Below, one piece after another: positions 1 through 10,799 of a stretch of DNA of 64,000 nt. This DNA is from a bacterium. GTDB lineage: Bacteria; UBA8248. How positions within the stretch are numbered: the stretch's first letter is position 1; each line of letters begins with the position of its first letter. The DNA lies in assembly GCA_965207065.1 (NCBI GenBank), contig OZ242260.1, forward strand, positions 1,920,001 to 1,984,000, read 5' to 3'. Under the pieces are notes generated by a model. The model was not told the origin of the DNA and made no database searches. It saw nothing but the letters and a program-made list of their open reading frames with translations. The translations under genes were made by a program, and so were the position numbers.

Positions 1-2
1 GA

Positions 3-308
3 CCGGGCAAGCCGTTCACATTTTTCCAGGCGGCCGGTTTCCAGTGGGTGAACCCCAAGGCCTGGGTGATGGCTGTTGGATCGATTACGGCGTATACGAG
101 CGCCGGTGGATATTACTACCTGGAGATTGCCCTGATCGCTTTGATATTTCTCGTTGTCTGCATACCCTCCATTTCCATCTGGACGCTGTTCGGCGTCGGA
201 ATCGGGCGGATGTTGACCGCCAGAAAATGGCTCAAGATATTCAACGCTGTGATGGCGTTTCTGCTCGTCGCGTCGCTCATCCCCGTTTTTCTCGCCTGGG
301 GGCCTTGA
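3..308 (+). CDS. LysE-family translocator, 5'-truncated by the window edge
   Basis: FQWVNPKAW motif followed by hydrophobic TM segments and KIFNAVMAFLL, typical of a LysE C-terminal half. Confidence 0.8.
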   Translation, partial: PGKPFTFFQAAGFQWVNPKAWVMAVGSITAYTSAGGYYYLEIALIALIFLVVCIPSISIWTLFGVGIGRMLTARKWLKIFNAVMAFLLVASLIPVFLAWGP

Positions 309-515
309 GTAGCTCGCGAGCCACTCCTGGTAATTTAAGGCGCCAAAACGGATGATTTTTCAGTGGCGCTCTCGCGCTAAGAGGCTTATCTTAGAGAGAG
401 GCGTCGCCTTGGGTCTTCGGGCGTGTCGCTCCATATCATGAGGTTTTAGCCGTCGCGACGTGAGGCACGGAACGTCGGGCCGGGCGCAGGAGTTTCTTTT
501 CGCGGAGGATGGACA

Positions 516-950
516 TTGTTCCCCATTCCCTGGGAGGCGCGCAGCGACGCGGGCGTTTTCCTGTTCAATCAGGGGGAATACTGGTGCGCCCATGAGGCGT
601 GGGAGGGCATCTGGATGAACGCCGAGCCCATCCCCAAAAAATTCTACCAGGGCCTCATCCAGCTCGCCGCGGGCTATGTGAAGCTTCAGCAGCGCCACTA
701 CAAGGGCGCGCTCGCCAACCTGAAAAAGGGTCTTGAGCGCTTCCGCGAAGTGGATGAGGCCGTGGGCGACCTCGACGTGCCGATTCTCTACAAGAAACTC
801 GTGAACCAATCGCGCGGCGTGCGCGTGAGCCTGTTCGACCAGGGCGAGGCGCGCGTGCTCGCCAGCGCTTGGGACTTATGGCCGAAGATTGAGTACGCCA
901 ACGACGCGCAGCAGAAAAACGTTACCCTAGCCGCCGGCCAAAGGATTTGA
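516..950 (+). CDS. DUF309 domain protein
   Basis: FNQGEYWCAHEAWE and FYQGLIQLAAG motifs. Confidence 0.85.
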   Translation: MFPIPWEARSDAGVFLFNQGEYWCAHEAWEGIWMNAEPIPKKFYQGLIQLAAGYVKLQQRHYKGALANLKKGLERFREVDEAVGDLDVPILYKKLVNQSRGVRVSLFDQGEARVLASAWDLWPKIEYANDAQQKNVTLAAGQRI

Positions 951-951
951 G

Positions 952-1506
952 ATGAAACGTCTTGCCTTTTGCCTCACCATGCTGGTTTTCCTGAGCGGTT
1001 GCGGGGGTTTCGAGCTCACAGACTCCCCGTTTCTGAGGATCACCCGCGCCCAGCCGAAAGATAGTTATCTCGTGGCCGTGGAGGCCCGGCTGGTCCCCAC
1101 CGATGATCACGTCATCTCACCCCTCACCCCCGAGGAGGCCGAAGTCCGGGATGCCGCCTGCAGGGGATTGTCGTTTACTCCCCGGTTCCGCTGCGTCCGG
1201 ATAAACGAGGCCGGCGCGCCACTGGAGAAACCCGACTACGTCGTCCAGATAGAATACGACATCGTCGAACTGCGTTCTTTCTTGTCGAGACGCTTTTCCC
1301 GGGTCGTACTCGTGAGCAATTCATGGGGAGGCGAGGCTGACGAGGGAGACGACGTGGGTGATGCGAACTATGAAGTGCGCTGGGGCTTTCGGGTGATCAA
1401 GGCCGGTGAGTCGAAGCCGGTGTTCCAGGGCATTTTTCGCGAAGAAGACGCCCAGTTCTGGAGCTTCGACGTCGAGCAGTGGATGGAGCGCTATTTCTCG
1501 GGGTGA
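952..1506 (+). CDS. Hypothetical lipoprotein
   Basis: MKR, a hydrophobic stretch and an LSGC lipobox; starts 1 nt after the upstream stop. Confidence 0.7.
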   Translation: MKRLAFCLTMLVFLSGCGGFELTDSPFLRITRAQPKDSYLVAVEARLVPTDDHVISPLTPEEAEVRDAACRGLSFTPRFRCVRINEAGAPLEKPDYVVQIEYDIVELRSFLSRRFSRVVLVSNSWGGEADEGDDVGDANYEVRWGFRVIKAGESKPVFQGIFREEDAQFWSFDVEQWMERYFSG

Positions 1507-1523
1507 AACACCATTGTTCTGTT

Positions 1524-1610
1524 GTAGGGGAGGACCTGCGTGTCCTCCCTTGCTTTTTTACGTCCACTTTTCCTGATTTGATTCAAGCGGACTCGCAGGT
1601 CTGCCCCTAC
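1524..1610. repeat. Inverted pair of GTAG-type REP sequences (REPIN-like)
   Basis: GTAGGGGAGGACCTGCGTGTCCTCCC at 1524 and an inverted relative GCGGACTCGCAGGTCTGCCCCTAC ending at 1610. Confidence 0.7.
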
Positions 1611-2014
1611 GAATGACTGCGAGCGGACTCATGGGTTCGCACTTACGACTTTACCCACTCGCCGGATCGGGAGTTATTCCCGATTCCGTTTTTGGTTCGA
1701 TACGGGCGTATTACGTTTCTGCCTGCCTGCCGCGCGCCCGAGAGCATGTCGACCCCGACGCCCTTCCCGGCTCAGCCGAGAAACCGGCGCCCCTCCCGAA
1801 CAAGAGCGTGCAGAGCACCACAACGGCGGCCGCACAAGATATACCGGAAGCTGTCAGGATGACACTGGAATCCGATATCTCATGCATGACCTCGTAACGG
1901 GATTACTCCGTAGTTCGCAGGCCACCGTACGTCAAGGGCGCTTGCTCACAGAACCGGTGGAAAATCTCCACAGCACTGCTTCCGCTGCACCCCTCTGTCC
2001 CCGAACATTCTCAA

Positions 2015-4679
2015 ACGGACCCCTCAGAACCGCATGTTGAGGGTGAGGAAGAAGGTGCGGCCCCAACCGGCCGCGGTGGGCCCGTCCGCAACGGAGGGGT
2101 TGGCTGTATTCGTCGAGAGTTTGGCATCGGTGAGGTTGTACACGCCTGCGGTCACCCGCATGCTTTTCAGCCCCAGCGGCCGCTCCCAGTCGAGCGTCAA
2201 ATCGTGGCCGGTCCAGGACCTGAACCTCCCTTCGCCCGACTCACTCTCGATTTCGGAGCGGTAGTTCGTGGACCAGAAAGCGGTGAGATTGCCACGCCCG
2301 GCCGAGACTACGACGCGCACCGCATCCCGGGGGAGGGGATGCCGCCGCTTTTCGCCCGCGATTTGCTGTTCGGAACTGATGACGTGCCGCCAGAACCCGC
2401 GCAACCCGATAACGCCCCAATCCGTTCTCTTGCGCGCGCCGTATCGGAAATTCACGCCCGAAATCTCGGTATCGACAATGTTCGCAAAGCTGTCGTGAAT
2501 GGTGATGTCGCCGCCGATGCGCTCGATGCAGTCATTCCGGTTGCCGCCCTGGCATTCTTGCAGGTTCAACATGGCCCAGGTGGCGGTGTTCTGCCCCGGC
2601 TGGTCGGATATTGCGAGCCGATACCAGTCCGCAACGAGATAGAACGGCCCTTTGCGGGCCTCGGCGCCGAAAGAAAGCATCTCGGAGCCTGCAGGGTCGA
2701 GACCCGGGTTGCCGCTTGTCTCACGCGTCACCTGCCGGAAGTTCGGACTATCGCATGTGCGGGGCGGCGGTCCGCTCCCGGGGTCACAAACGACATAAGG
2801 GTGGTCCTGCGACGCTTCGCTGTAGATATGCCGCATCGAGGGCGACGTCTCGCCCGCGCTCCACGAGCCGCGCAGCGTGACGATGCCGGTCAGCCGGTAT
2901 TCGGCCCCGAAACGCCACGATTCCAATCCGCCTATATCGTCGAATTCATCGCCGCGTCCCCCGACCCTGATTTCCAGTTTGTCGGTCAGCGGCAGGGACA
3001 TCTCCGCAAATGCCGAGGCGATGTCGCGCTTGCCGGCATAGCTGGTTCCGCCGGAACCGAGCACCTCGGTCACGTTATGGGTATAGCCGTCCTTGTTCCG
3101 AAAGACCAGGAGGCGGTGCGCGTCCACGCTCCCCAGCTCGACCCCTGCGGTCCATGCCGTTTGGCGCCCGCCGATAGCGAAGCCGGAGCCCTCCAGCGCC
3201 AGCCGGGCGCCGAGATACTCCGAGCTGGAATTTTCCTCCTCCTGCAAGCTGCTGTTCTCGATCGCTGCGGAATTGCGCGGGTCTAACGGGTTTACGAGGT
3301 TGTAAGCCCCACTCTCGATATCTTCCCTGATCTTGCCGGCATGCACGAAGGTGTCGCCGGACACGGAAATGTCCAGCCGGGAGGCGCTGACGCGCACGTC
3401 ATAGCCGAGACCTTCACCCAGACGACCCTCGACGCTTGCGGAAACGTCGTATTCCTCGGTATCCGTCACCCAGTCACGGTTGCCGTGGCCGATAAAGCGG
3501 TGCCCCACGACGAACTCGTCGTTTTCTCCCAACTGGAAGTCGGAGCCGGCTGCTCGCTTGAGCTCATCCAGCAATGTCTCGTTCGGCGTAAAGGAAAACG
3601 CGTCGACCGACGGCGCGTAGCGGAACGCCCCGCGGCCCTGCCTGATGTTCGCGTCCAGATGGAGTTCGGCGTCCTCTCCGAGCGGATGCTCCAGGTTCAG
3701 GATGGCGCTCTTCTGCTCATAGCTGGGTGTATCCCACCAGATGTTTCCATAGGCGTAACCACAGCCCTTGTCGCCCGTGCGGATACCGGGCGGATTGCTG
3801 AGCGGGCCGACATAACCTTGCGCCGGGTCGCAGTCCCCCAGTGGCACCGACCTTAAGGCGGTAGGTGCTCCCTGGTCGTCTTTCTGGGAGACATAGACGG
3901 TGTTGCCGCCGACGCTGATATTCTTGGCCTGGCTGAAGCTGCCGCCCTCGACCCACTCGGAACGGCTGTGTTCCCGGTTCTTGCCGAGGATTTCCTGGCG
4001 GTCCAGTATGTCTGCGCCGATGGTCATGCGTCCTCCCTTGCCGACCGCGCCGCCCCAGAAGACACTGCCCTGCCAGCCGTCACCACCGTCCCGGCTCGGC
4101 ATCCGCGTAACCGTACGCATCTCGAAACCGTCCAAGTCCTTTCTGAGCACAATATTGAACGCGCCGTTTATGGCGGCGTGGCCGCCCAGCGTGCTCAGAC
4201 TCTCGCCTCTCAGAACCTCGATGCGCTCCACGGCCGAGAGCGGCAGGGAATCCAGATTCTGGCCGGTGGTGGCGTAGGGTCTGCCGTTCACCAGGACGAG
4301 CAGATCTCGTCCCCCGGTGAAAAAGTAGCGGATGATGCCGGTGTCCAACAACTCCTCGAGCGTCTGAGCACCCGAGCGCTCGATGAACTTGCGGTCGTAT
4401 TCGGCGATGACCTGCGGGGCCGGCGCGAGAGGTCCGGCATGAGATACCATCACCGCCAGCACTATATAAGCGGCGGCTGCCGCCAAAGCGATCCTCATCG
4501 TAATTTTCCTTTCCCGGTAAACGCAAACGAATCGGCGAAGTCCAGAGTTGATGATTGTCGATGTTATCCGCATTCTGCGCTTTGTCGCAACGGCCCGGTA
4601 TGTTCACAGGAACGCATCCGCACCATCAGGAACGTGCGATGCCGTAAAGCTTTACTCCTGCGGCTGATAGAGCTCCTGA
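2015..4679. repeat. ~2.66 kb direct repeat, copy 1 (copy 2 at 8316-10980)
   Basis: Near-identical sequence at a constant offset of 6301 nt; extra flank homology 1733-1800 vs 8215-8305. Confidence 0.95.
2024..4498 (-). CDS. TonB-dependent receptor, copy 1
   Basis: Signal peptide from MRIALAAA, plug motifs LVLVNGRP and LSAVERIEVLRG, GVYNLTD, C-terminal GRTFFLTLNMRF ending in Phe. Confidence 0.9.
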   Translation of the reverse strand: MRIALAAAAAYIVLAVMVSHAGPLAPAPQVIAEYDRKFIERSGAQTLEELLDTGIIRYFFTGGRDLLVLVNGRPYATTGQNLDSLPLSAVERIEVLRGESLSTLGGHAAINGAFNIVLRKDLDGFEMRTVTRMPSRDGGDGWQGSVFWGGAVGKGGRMTIGADILDRQEILGKNREHSRSEWVEGGSFSQAKNISVGGNTVYVSQKDDQGAPTALRSVPLGDCDPAQGYVGPLSNPPGIRTGDKGCGYAYGNIWWDTPSYEQKSAILNLEHPLGEDAELHLDANIRQGRGAFRYAPSVDAFSFTPNETLLDELKRAAGSDFQLGENDEFVVGHRFIGHGNRDWVTDTEEYDVSASVEGRLGEGLGYDVRVSASRLDISVSGDTFVHAGKIREDIESGAYNLVNPLDPRNSAAIENSSLQEEENSSSEYLGARLALEGSGFAIGGRQTAWTAGVELGSVDAHRLLVFRNKDGYTHNVTEVLGSGGTSYAGKRDIASAFAEMSLPLTDKLEIRVGGRGDEFDDIGGLESWRFGAEYRLTGIVTLRGSWSAGETSPSMRHIYSEASQDHPYVVCDPGSGPPPRTCDSPNFRQVTRETSGNPGLDPAGSEMLSFGAEARKGPFYLVADWYRLAISDQPGQNTATWAMLNLQECQGGNRNDCIERIGGDITIHDSFANIVDTEISGVNFRYGARKRTDWGVIGLRGFWRHVISSEQQIAGEKRRHPLPRDAVRVVVSAGRGNLTAFWSTNYRSEIESESGEGRFRSWTGHDLTLDWERPLGLKSMRVTAGVYNLTDAKLSTNTANPSVADGPTAAGWGRTFFLTLNMRF

Positions 4680-4719
4680 ATACACTCGAATCCAAACGGC
4701 ATATAGCAGAGTTGAACCA

Positions 4720-5275
4720 TGAAAGCCCATACCCGAGACTGCCGCTTATTGCGGCTAAGCCCTGGAGATGAGGATGCCATGACCTGAAACCTCTCGTAGT
4801 GATCCAGCGAGTTCGACTTCCGCCCGGCTAAAACAATAAGCCGAAGGAGAAGCAAGGGCAGGAAGTCGTAGCGCCCTGATAGTACCGCTGAAGGCATGGA
4901 ACCGTGGCCATCGGGAAGGGAAGCGGGGCGTCACCTGTACAGAGCCACTGATGGGAAATGTTGGAGGCAACTCTGAGTTCCACGAACACGTACACGAAAC
5001 AGCAGTGGATAGCCGAACAGGCGAGGGAGCATCAGGAACGGGTGTTCACGTCTCTGCACCACCTCATCGACGGAGAGTGGATGCGCGAAGCGTATCGCCG
5101 CACGCGTAAGGATGGGGCGAGGGGTATCGACGGCGTGAGTGCAGCCGACTACGAGAAGGGCTTGGAGATGAATCTTGACGACCTCCTGAGCCGGATGAAG
5201 CCGGGTCGTTACTTTGCGCCGCCGGTGCGTCGCCACTACATCCCGAAGGCGGACGGCACGAAACGACCGCGCGGA
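4720..5275 (+). mobile_element. Group II intron 5'/central fragment with truncated reverse transcriptase (from 4958)
   Basis: FTSLHHLID...REAYRRTRKDGARGIDGV...PPVRRHYIPKADGTKRP is the RT0-RT1 region; homology stops there with no YADD; upstream non-coding sequence resembles intron DII-DIV. Confidence 0.8.
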
Positions 5276-5472
5276 CGCTTTTCCGTAAAGTCCGTCTCCT
5301 GTTCGCGCCGCTCATTCGCGGTCGGCATCGGCGGGGCGCGCATTTGCTCGCAATATCGGTTGCCGGTTTCTTCGCGGTTCGGTCGAGAATCTCACTCGCG
5401 AAATGCAGTGTTCCGGCGATAGGAGGAGGAAAGAAAATGGAACAGGCGATTGCTAATCACTCGCGTTCGATT

Positions 5473-5522
5473 CCTCCTTCCTCAGTCGGAATCGACCTCC
5501 TTCCTCAGTCGGAATCGACCTC
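5473..5522. repeat. 23-bp tandem repeat (CCTCCTTCCTCAGTCGGAATCGA x2)
   Basis: Read directly. Confidence 0.9.
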
Positions 5523-5765
5523 TCTCCTCAATTCGATTTGCTTAAGCGGAATTTCCGAAAATATCGATTAATTATTGCCATGAACCCGATGACCACGCAA
5601 TGGTACGATTGACTCCGTTTGTCTACGATAACTGATTGTTAATAATACTATATTTCTGTTATTATCCTTCCCGACCCCCCTTGCGCTTTCGTCACACGTA
5701 TGCTCTGATACCCTCCTGTTTGATGCCTATCGTATGCGTTTTGATTACATATTTCAGGAGGCGGG

Positions 5766-6941
5766 ATGCCGAAGCGAAGCGATCTGAAACTCACCAAGCG
5801 CACCGTCGACGCGCTCGAGGCCGACGGGAAGGACGCGGTCTTCTGGGACCGGGAGCTGGCGGGCTTCGGTGTGCGCGTCCACACCACGGGCCGGAAGACC
5901 TGGGTGGTGCAGTCCCGGGGACCCGGGGGTCCCAAACGCGTGACGCTCGGCCGCCACGGGGAGTTGACCGTCGACGAGGCCAGGAAACAGGCCTCCCTCA
6001 TTATCGACCGCATCAAGCAGGGAGAAGAGCCAATACCCCCACCACACGAGGCGGAATCCACCGTATCGGGCCTCGCCGAGCGCTTCATGCGCACCCACGT
6101 GGAGCGGCATCTCAAGCCGGCCACCGCCTCGGCGTACCACACGGTGCTCGACAAATACATCCTGCCCGCCCTGGGCGGTATGGGACTGGAAGAAGTCGGC
6201 AGGGCGGAAGTCACGGCGCTCCATCACAGGCTCAGGGACACGCCCGCCCGGGCCAACGCGGCCGTCCACCTGCTCTCGCGGATGTACACCCTTGCCGAGG
6301 CCTGGGAACTGGTCCCGCCCGGGCGGAACCCCTGCCTCTCCGTTCGCCGCTACAGGACGCGCAAGAGGGAGCGGTTCCTTGCGCCTGAGGAATACCGGCG
6401 CCTGGGCCGTGCGCTCAGGCAAGCGGAGGCCGAGGGCGGGATATGGCCGCCCGCGGTCGCGGCCATCCGGCTGCTCGTCCTGACCGGGTGCCGCAGGGGC
6501 GAGATCCTCTCGTTGCGCTGGGACGACGTGGACCGCACGGCGGGAGACCTGAGGTTAAGGGACGCCAAGGCGGGTCCACGGATGGTCCCCCTGACGAGGC
6601 CCGCCCTCAGGGTATTGGACGCCATCCCCCGCTCCGGGGACAATCCCTGGGTGATAGCGGGCCAGAGGCCCGGGAAGCATCTCACGGGCCTGCACCACTA
6701 CTGGCGGCCCGTAAGAGAGCGGGCGGGGCTTGCCGACGTGCGGGTCCACGACCTCAGGCATTCCTACGCGTCGAGGGCGCTGGCGCTGGGCGAGAGTTTA
6801 TACACGATAGGCAAGCTGCTGGGCCACACGAGCGTGGCGACGAGCGCGCGCTACGCACACCTGATGCGAGAGGCCGAGAGGGAGGCGGCGGTACGGGTGG
6901 GCGGGAGCATCGGCGCCCACGTCAGGAGCCGGGGGAGGTAG
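5766..6941 (+). CDS. Tyrosine recombinase/integrase with N-terminal arm-binding domain, integrase 1
   Basis: WDRELAGFGVRV arm domain; catalytic TGCRRGE, DAK, HDLRH, LGH, RYAH; AGGAGG RBS. Confidence 0.93.
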   Translation: MPKRSDLKLTKRTVDALEADGKDAVFWDRELAGFGVRVHTTGRKTWVVQSRGPGGPKRVTLGRHGELTVDEARKQASLIIDRIKQGEEPIPPPHEAESTVSGLAERFMRTHVERHLKPATASAYHTVLDKYILPALGGMGLEEVGRAEVTALHHRLRDTPARANAAVHLLSRMYTLAEAWELVPPGRNPCLSVRRYRTRKRERFLAPEEYRRLGRALRQAEAEGGIWPPAVAAIRLLVLTGCRRGEILSLRWDDVDRTAGDLRLRDAKAGPRMVPLTRPALRVLDAIPRSGDNPWVIAGQRPGKHLTGLHHYWRPVRERAGLADVRVHDLRHSYASRALALGESLYTIGKLLGHTSVATSARYAHLMREAEREAAVRVGGSIGAHVRSRGR

Positions 6942-6942
6942 A

Positions 6943-8154
6943 GTGGAGATGAAGCAGCCCACCATGAAAACGCTGTCGAACCGCGCGGTCGGGAAGCTCG
7001 CGGTGGAGAAGGACACCGTCTTCTGGGATAAGGAGCTCACCGGCTTCGGCGTCAGGGTCTACCCCACCGGCTCAAAGGTCTACGTCGCCCAGGCGCGGGG
7101 TCCTGAGGGTCCCAAGAGGGTGGCGGTGGGCCGCCACGGGGTGATCAACGCTGATGAGGCCAGGAAACGCGCCGCCCACATCATCGCGCGTATCAAGGCG
7201 GGCGAGGAGGCGGTTCCAGAGCCGCTTATACGCAAGGAAGGCCCCACGGTGAATGAGGTGTGCGCGCGCTACCTCGCCGAATACGTCGCGGTGCGGTGCA
7301 AGCCGGCCACCGCCGCGCTCTACCGCTCGGTGATCACCCGCCACGTCCTGCCCGCCCTGGGCAGGGCGCCGATCGCTGCGCTCTCTCGCGCGCAGGTGGC
7401 GGAGTTCCACGAGAGACTGTATGAGACGCCCGCGGTGGCGAACATGGCGCTCCGAATCCTCTCCTCGATGTACCGCCTGGCCGCGGGCTGGGGAATGGTT
7501 CCCGAGGGAACCTCGAACCCCTGCAAGGCTCTGGTGAAATACCCCGAGCGCAGGCGCGAGCGGTTCCTGACGGATTCGGAGTTCACCCGCCTGGGAGAGG
7601 CGCTCGAGGAGGCGGAGGCTAAGGGCGACGTTTCCGCGTCCGCGGTGGCGGCTATCCGGCTCCTGGCCCTTACCGGGTGCCGGAGGAGCGAGGTCCTCAA
7701 GCTGCGCCGCGAAGACGTGGCGCTCGAAGCGGGCGAGCTCAGGCTGCCCGATTCCAAGACGGGCGCGCGGGCGGTCCCCTTGCCGCCTGAGGCCGTCGAA
7801 CTCCTCGCGGGCCTTCTTGGCGCCCACGGCGGCCCCTGGGTCATACCGGGCAGGAAGCCGGGGACGCACCTTGCGAACATCGACGAGGCCTGGCGTCTCA
7901 TAAGGGACCGCGCGGGCCTCGGGGACGTGCGGCTGCACGACCTGCGGCACTCCTGGGCCTCGCGGGCCCTGGCACTCGGCGAGTCGCTCCCCGTCATCGG
8001 GAAGCTCCTGGGCCACAGCAGGATGGAAACGACGGCGCGCTACGCGCACCTCGCGCGCGATTCGGCGCAGGAGGCCGCCGGGCGGGTCGCCGGGAGCATC
8101 GAGGAGGACATGCTGGAAGGCTGGCGGGAGCGCCTCCCGCAGTCTCCGAGGTGA
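6943..8154 (+). CDS. Tyrosine recombinase/integrase, integrase 2 (tandem paralog)
   Basis: WDKELTGFGVRV; TGCRRSE, DSKTG, HDLRH, LGH, RYAH. Confidence 0.93.
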   Translation: MEMKQPTMKTLSNRAVGKLAVEKDTVFWDKELTGFGVRVYPTGSKVYVAQARGPEGPKRVAVGRHGVINADEARKRAAHIIARIKAGEEAVPEPLIRKEGPTVNEVCARYLAEYVAVRCKPATAALYRSVITRHVLPALGRAPIAALSRAQVAEFHERLYETPAVANMALRILSSMYRLAAGWGMVPEGTSNPCKALVKYPERRRERFLTDSEFTRLGEALEEAEAKGDVSASAVAAIRLLALTGCRRSEVLKLRREDVALEAGELRLPDSKTGARAVPLPPEAVELLAGLLGAHGGPWVIPGRKPGTHLANIDEAWRLIRDRAGLGDVRLHDLRHSWASRALALGESLPVIGKLLGHSRMETTARYAHLARDSAQEAAGRVAGSIEEDMLEGWRERLPQSPR

Positions 8155-8324
8155 GTGCGAAGGACGGTCCCGGAAGCAGCTGCGCACGCCGATATTGAGC
8201 GATGGCATGAATGTCGCGCCCGAGAGCATGCCGACCCCGACGCCCGCACCCGGATACCACCCCGAAGCCCTTCCCGGCTCAGCCGGGAAAGCAGCACCCC
8301 TCCCGAAGCTGTCCGACGGACCCC

Positions 8325-10799
8325 TCAGAACCGCATGTTGAGGGTGAGGAAGAAGGTGCGGCCCCAGCCGGCCGCGGTGGGCCCGTCCGCAACGGAGGGG
8401 TTGGCTGTATTCGTCGAGAGTTTGGCATCGGTGAGGTTGTACACGCCTGCGGTCACCCGCATGCTTTCCAGCCCCAGCGGCCGCTTCCAGTCGAGCGTCA
8501 AATCGTGGCCGGTCCAGGACCTGAACCTCCCTTCGCCCGACTCACTCTCGATTTCGGAGCGGTAGTTCGTGGACCAGAAAGCTGTGAGATTGCCACGCCC
8601 GGCCGAGACTACGACGCGCACCGCATCCCGGGGGAGGGGATGCCGCCGCTTTTCGCCCGCGATTTGCTGTTCGGAACTGATGACGTGCCGCCAGAACCCG
8701 CGCAACCCGATAACGCCCCAATCCGTTCTCTTGCGCGCGCCGTATCGGAAATTCACGCCCGAAATCTCGGTATCGACAATGTTCGCAAAGCTGTCGTGAA
8801 TGGTGATGTCGCCGCCGGTGCGCTCGATGCAGTCATTCCGGTTGCCGCCCTGGCATTCTTGCAGGTTCAACATGGCCCAGGTGGCGGTGTTCTGCCCCGG
8901 CAGGTCGGATATTGCGAGCCGATACCAGTCCGCAACGAGATAGAACGGCCCTTTGCGGGCCTCGGCGCCGAAAGACAGCATCTCGGAGCCTGCGGGGTCG
9001 AGACCCGGGTTGCCGCTTGTCTCACGCGTCACCTGCCGGAAGTTCGGACTATCGCACGTGCGGGGCGGCGGTCCGCTCCCGGGGTCGCAAACGACATAAG
9101 GGTGGTCCTGCGATGCGTCGCTGTAGATATGCCGCATCGAGGGCGACGTCTCGCCCGCGCTCCACGAGCCGCGCAGCGTGACGATGCCGGTCAGCCGGTA
9201 TTCGGCCCCGAAACGCCACGATTCCAATCCGCCTATATCGTCGTATTCATCGCCGCGTCCCCCGACCCTGATATCCAGTTTGTCGGTCAGCGGCAGGGAC
9301 ATCTCCGCAAAAGCCGCGGCGATGTCGCGCTTGCCGGCATAGCTGGTTCCGCCGGAACCGAGCACCTCGGTCACGTTATGGGTGTAGCCGTCCTTGTCCC
9401 GAAAGACCAGGAGGCGGTGCGCGTCCACGCTCCCCAGCTCGACCCCTGCGGTCCATGCCGTCAGGCGCCCGCCGATAGCGAAGCCGGAGCCCTCCAGCGC
9501 CAGCCGGGCGCCGAGATACTCCGAACTGATATTTTCCTCCTGCCGCAAGCTGCTGTTCGCGATCGCTGCGGAATTACGCGGGTCCAACGGGTTCACGAGG
9601 TTGTAGCTCCCACTCTCGATCTCTTCCCTGATCTTGCCGGCATGCACGAAGGTGTCGCCGGACACGGAATTGTCCAGCCGGTAGGCGCTGACGCGCACGT
9701 CATAGCCGAGACCTTCACCCAGACGACCCTCGACGCTTGCGGAAACGTCGTATTCCTCGATATCCGCCACCCAGTCACGGTTGCCGTGGCCGATAAAGCG
9801 GTGCCCCACGACGAACTCGTCGTTTTCTCCCAACTGGAAGCCGGAGCCGGCTGCTCTCTTGAGCTCATCCAGCAATGTCTCGTTCGGCGTAAAGGAGAAC
9901 ACGCTGATCGACGGCGCGTAGCGGAACGCCCCGCGGCCCTGCCTGATGTTCGCGTCCAGATGGAGTTCGGCGTCCTCTCCGAGCGGATGCTCCAGGTTCA
10001 GGATGGCGCTCTTCTGCTCATAGCTGGGGGTATCCCACCAGATGTTTCCATAGGCGTAACCACAGCCCTTGTCGCCCGTGCGGATACCGGGCGGATCGCT
10101 GAGCGGGCCGACGTAGTCTTGCGCCGGGTCGCAGTCCCCCAGTGGCACCGACCTTAAGGGGGTAGGTGCTCCCTGGTCGTCTTTCCGGGAGACATAGACG
10201 GTGTTGCCGCCGACGCTGATATTCCTGGCCTGGCTGAAGCTGCCGCCCTCGACCCACTCGGAACGGCTGTGTTCCCGGTTCTTGCCGAGGATTTCCTGGC
10301 GGTCCAGTATGTCAGCGCCGATGGTCATGCGTCCTCCCTTGCCGACCGCGCCGCCCCAGAAGACACTGCCCTGCCAGCCGTCGCCACCGTCCCGGCTCGG
10401 CATCCGCGTAACCGTACGCATCTCGAAGCCGTCCAGGTCCTTTCTGAGCACGATATTGAACGCGCCGTTTATGGCGGCGTGGCCGCCCGGCGTGCTCAGA
10501 CTCTCGCCTCTCAGAACCTCGATGCGCTCCACGGCCGAGAGCGGCAGGGAATCCAGATTCTGGCCGGTGGTGGCGTAGGGTCTGCCGTTCACCAGGACGA
10601 GCAGATCTCGTCCCCCGGTGAAAAAGTAGCGGATGATGCCGGTGTCCAGCAGCTCCTCGAGCGTCTGAGCACCCGAGCGCTCGATGAACTTGCGGTCGTA
10701 TTCGGCGATGACCTGCGGGGCCGGCGCGAGAGGTCCGGCATGGGATATCATCACCGCCAGCACTACATAAGCGGCGGCTGCCGCCAAAGCGATCCTCAT
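8325..10799 (-). CDS. TonB-dependent receptor, copy 2
   Basis: Same length and motifs as copy 1, with scattered substitutions. Confidence 0.9.
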   Translation of the reverse strand: MRIALAAAAAYVVLAVMISHAGPLAPAPQVIAEYDRKFIERSGAQTLEELLDTGIIRYFFTGGRDLLVLVNGRPYATTGQNLDSLPLSAVERIEVLRGESLSTPGGHAAINGAFNIVLRKDLDGFEMRTVTRMPSRDGGDGWQGSVFWGGAVGKGGRMTIGADILDRQEILGKNREHSRSEWVEGGSFSQARNISVGGNTVYVSRKDDQGAPTPLRSVPLGDCDPAQDYVGPLSDPPGIRTGDKGCGYAYGNIWWDTPSYEQKSAILNLEHPLGEDAELHLDANIRQGRGAFRYAPSISVFSFTPNETLLDELKRAAGSGFQLGENDEFVVGHRFIGHGNRDWVADIEEYDVSASVEGRLGEGLGYDVRVSAYRLDNSVSGDTFVHAGKIREEIESGSYNLVNPLDPRNSAAIANSSLRQEENISSEYLGARLALEGSGFAIGGRLTAWTAGVELGSVDAHRLLVFRDKDGYTHNVTEVLGSGGTSYAGKRDIAAAFAEMSLPLTDKLDIRVGGRGDEYDDIGGLESWRFGAEYRLTGIVTLRGSWSAGETSPSMRHIYSDASQDHPYVVCDPGSGPPPRTCDSPNFRQVTRETSGNPGLDPAGSEMLSFGAEARKGPFYLVADWYRLAISDLPGQNTATWAMLNLQECQGGNRNDCIERTGGDITIHDSFANIVDTEISGVNFRYGARKRTDWGVIGLRGFWRHVISSEQQIAGEKRRHPLPRDAVRVVVSAGRGNLTAFWSTNYRSEIESESGEGRFRSWTGHDLTLDWKRPLGLESMRVTAGVYNLTDAKLSTNTANPSVADGPTAAGWGRTFFLTLNMRF

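Noticed and set aside
5473-5522. CRISPR array
   Set aside because: Only two adjacent 23-bp copies with no spacer; no cas genes in the window.
8211-10157. Long antisense ORFs (also 2204-3286, 7072-8229, 49681-50871, 60349-61815)
   Set aside because: Shadow frames of GC-rich genes with no recognisable motifs.
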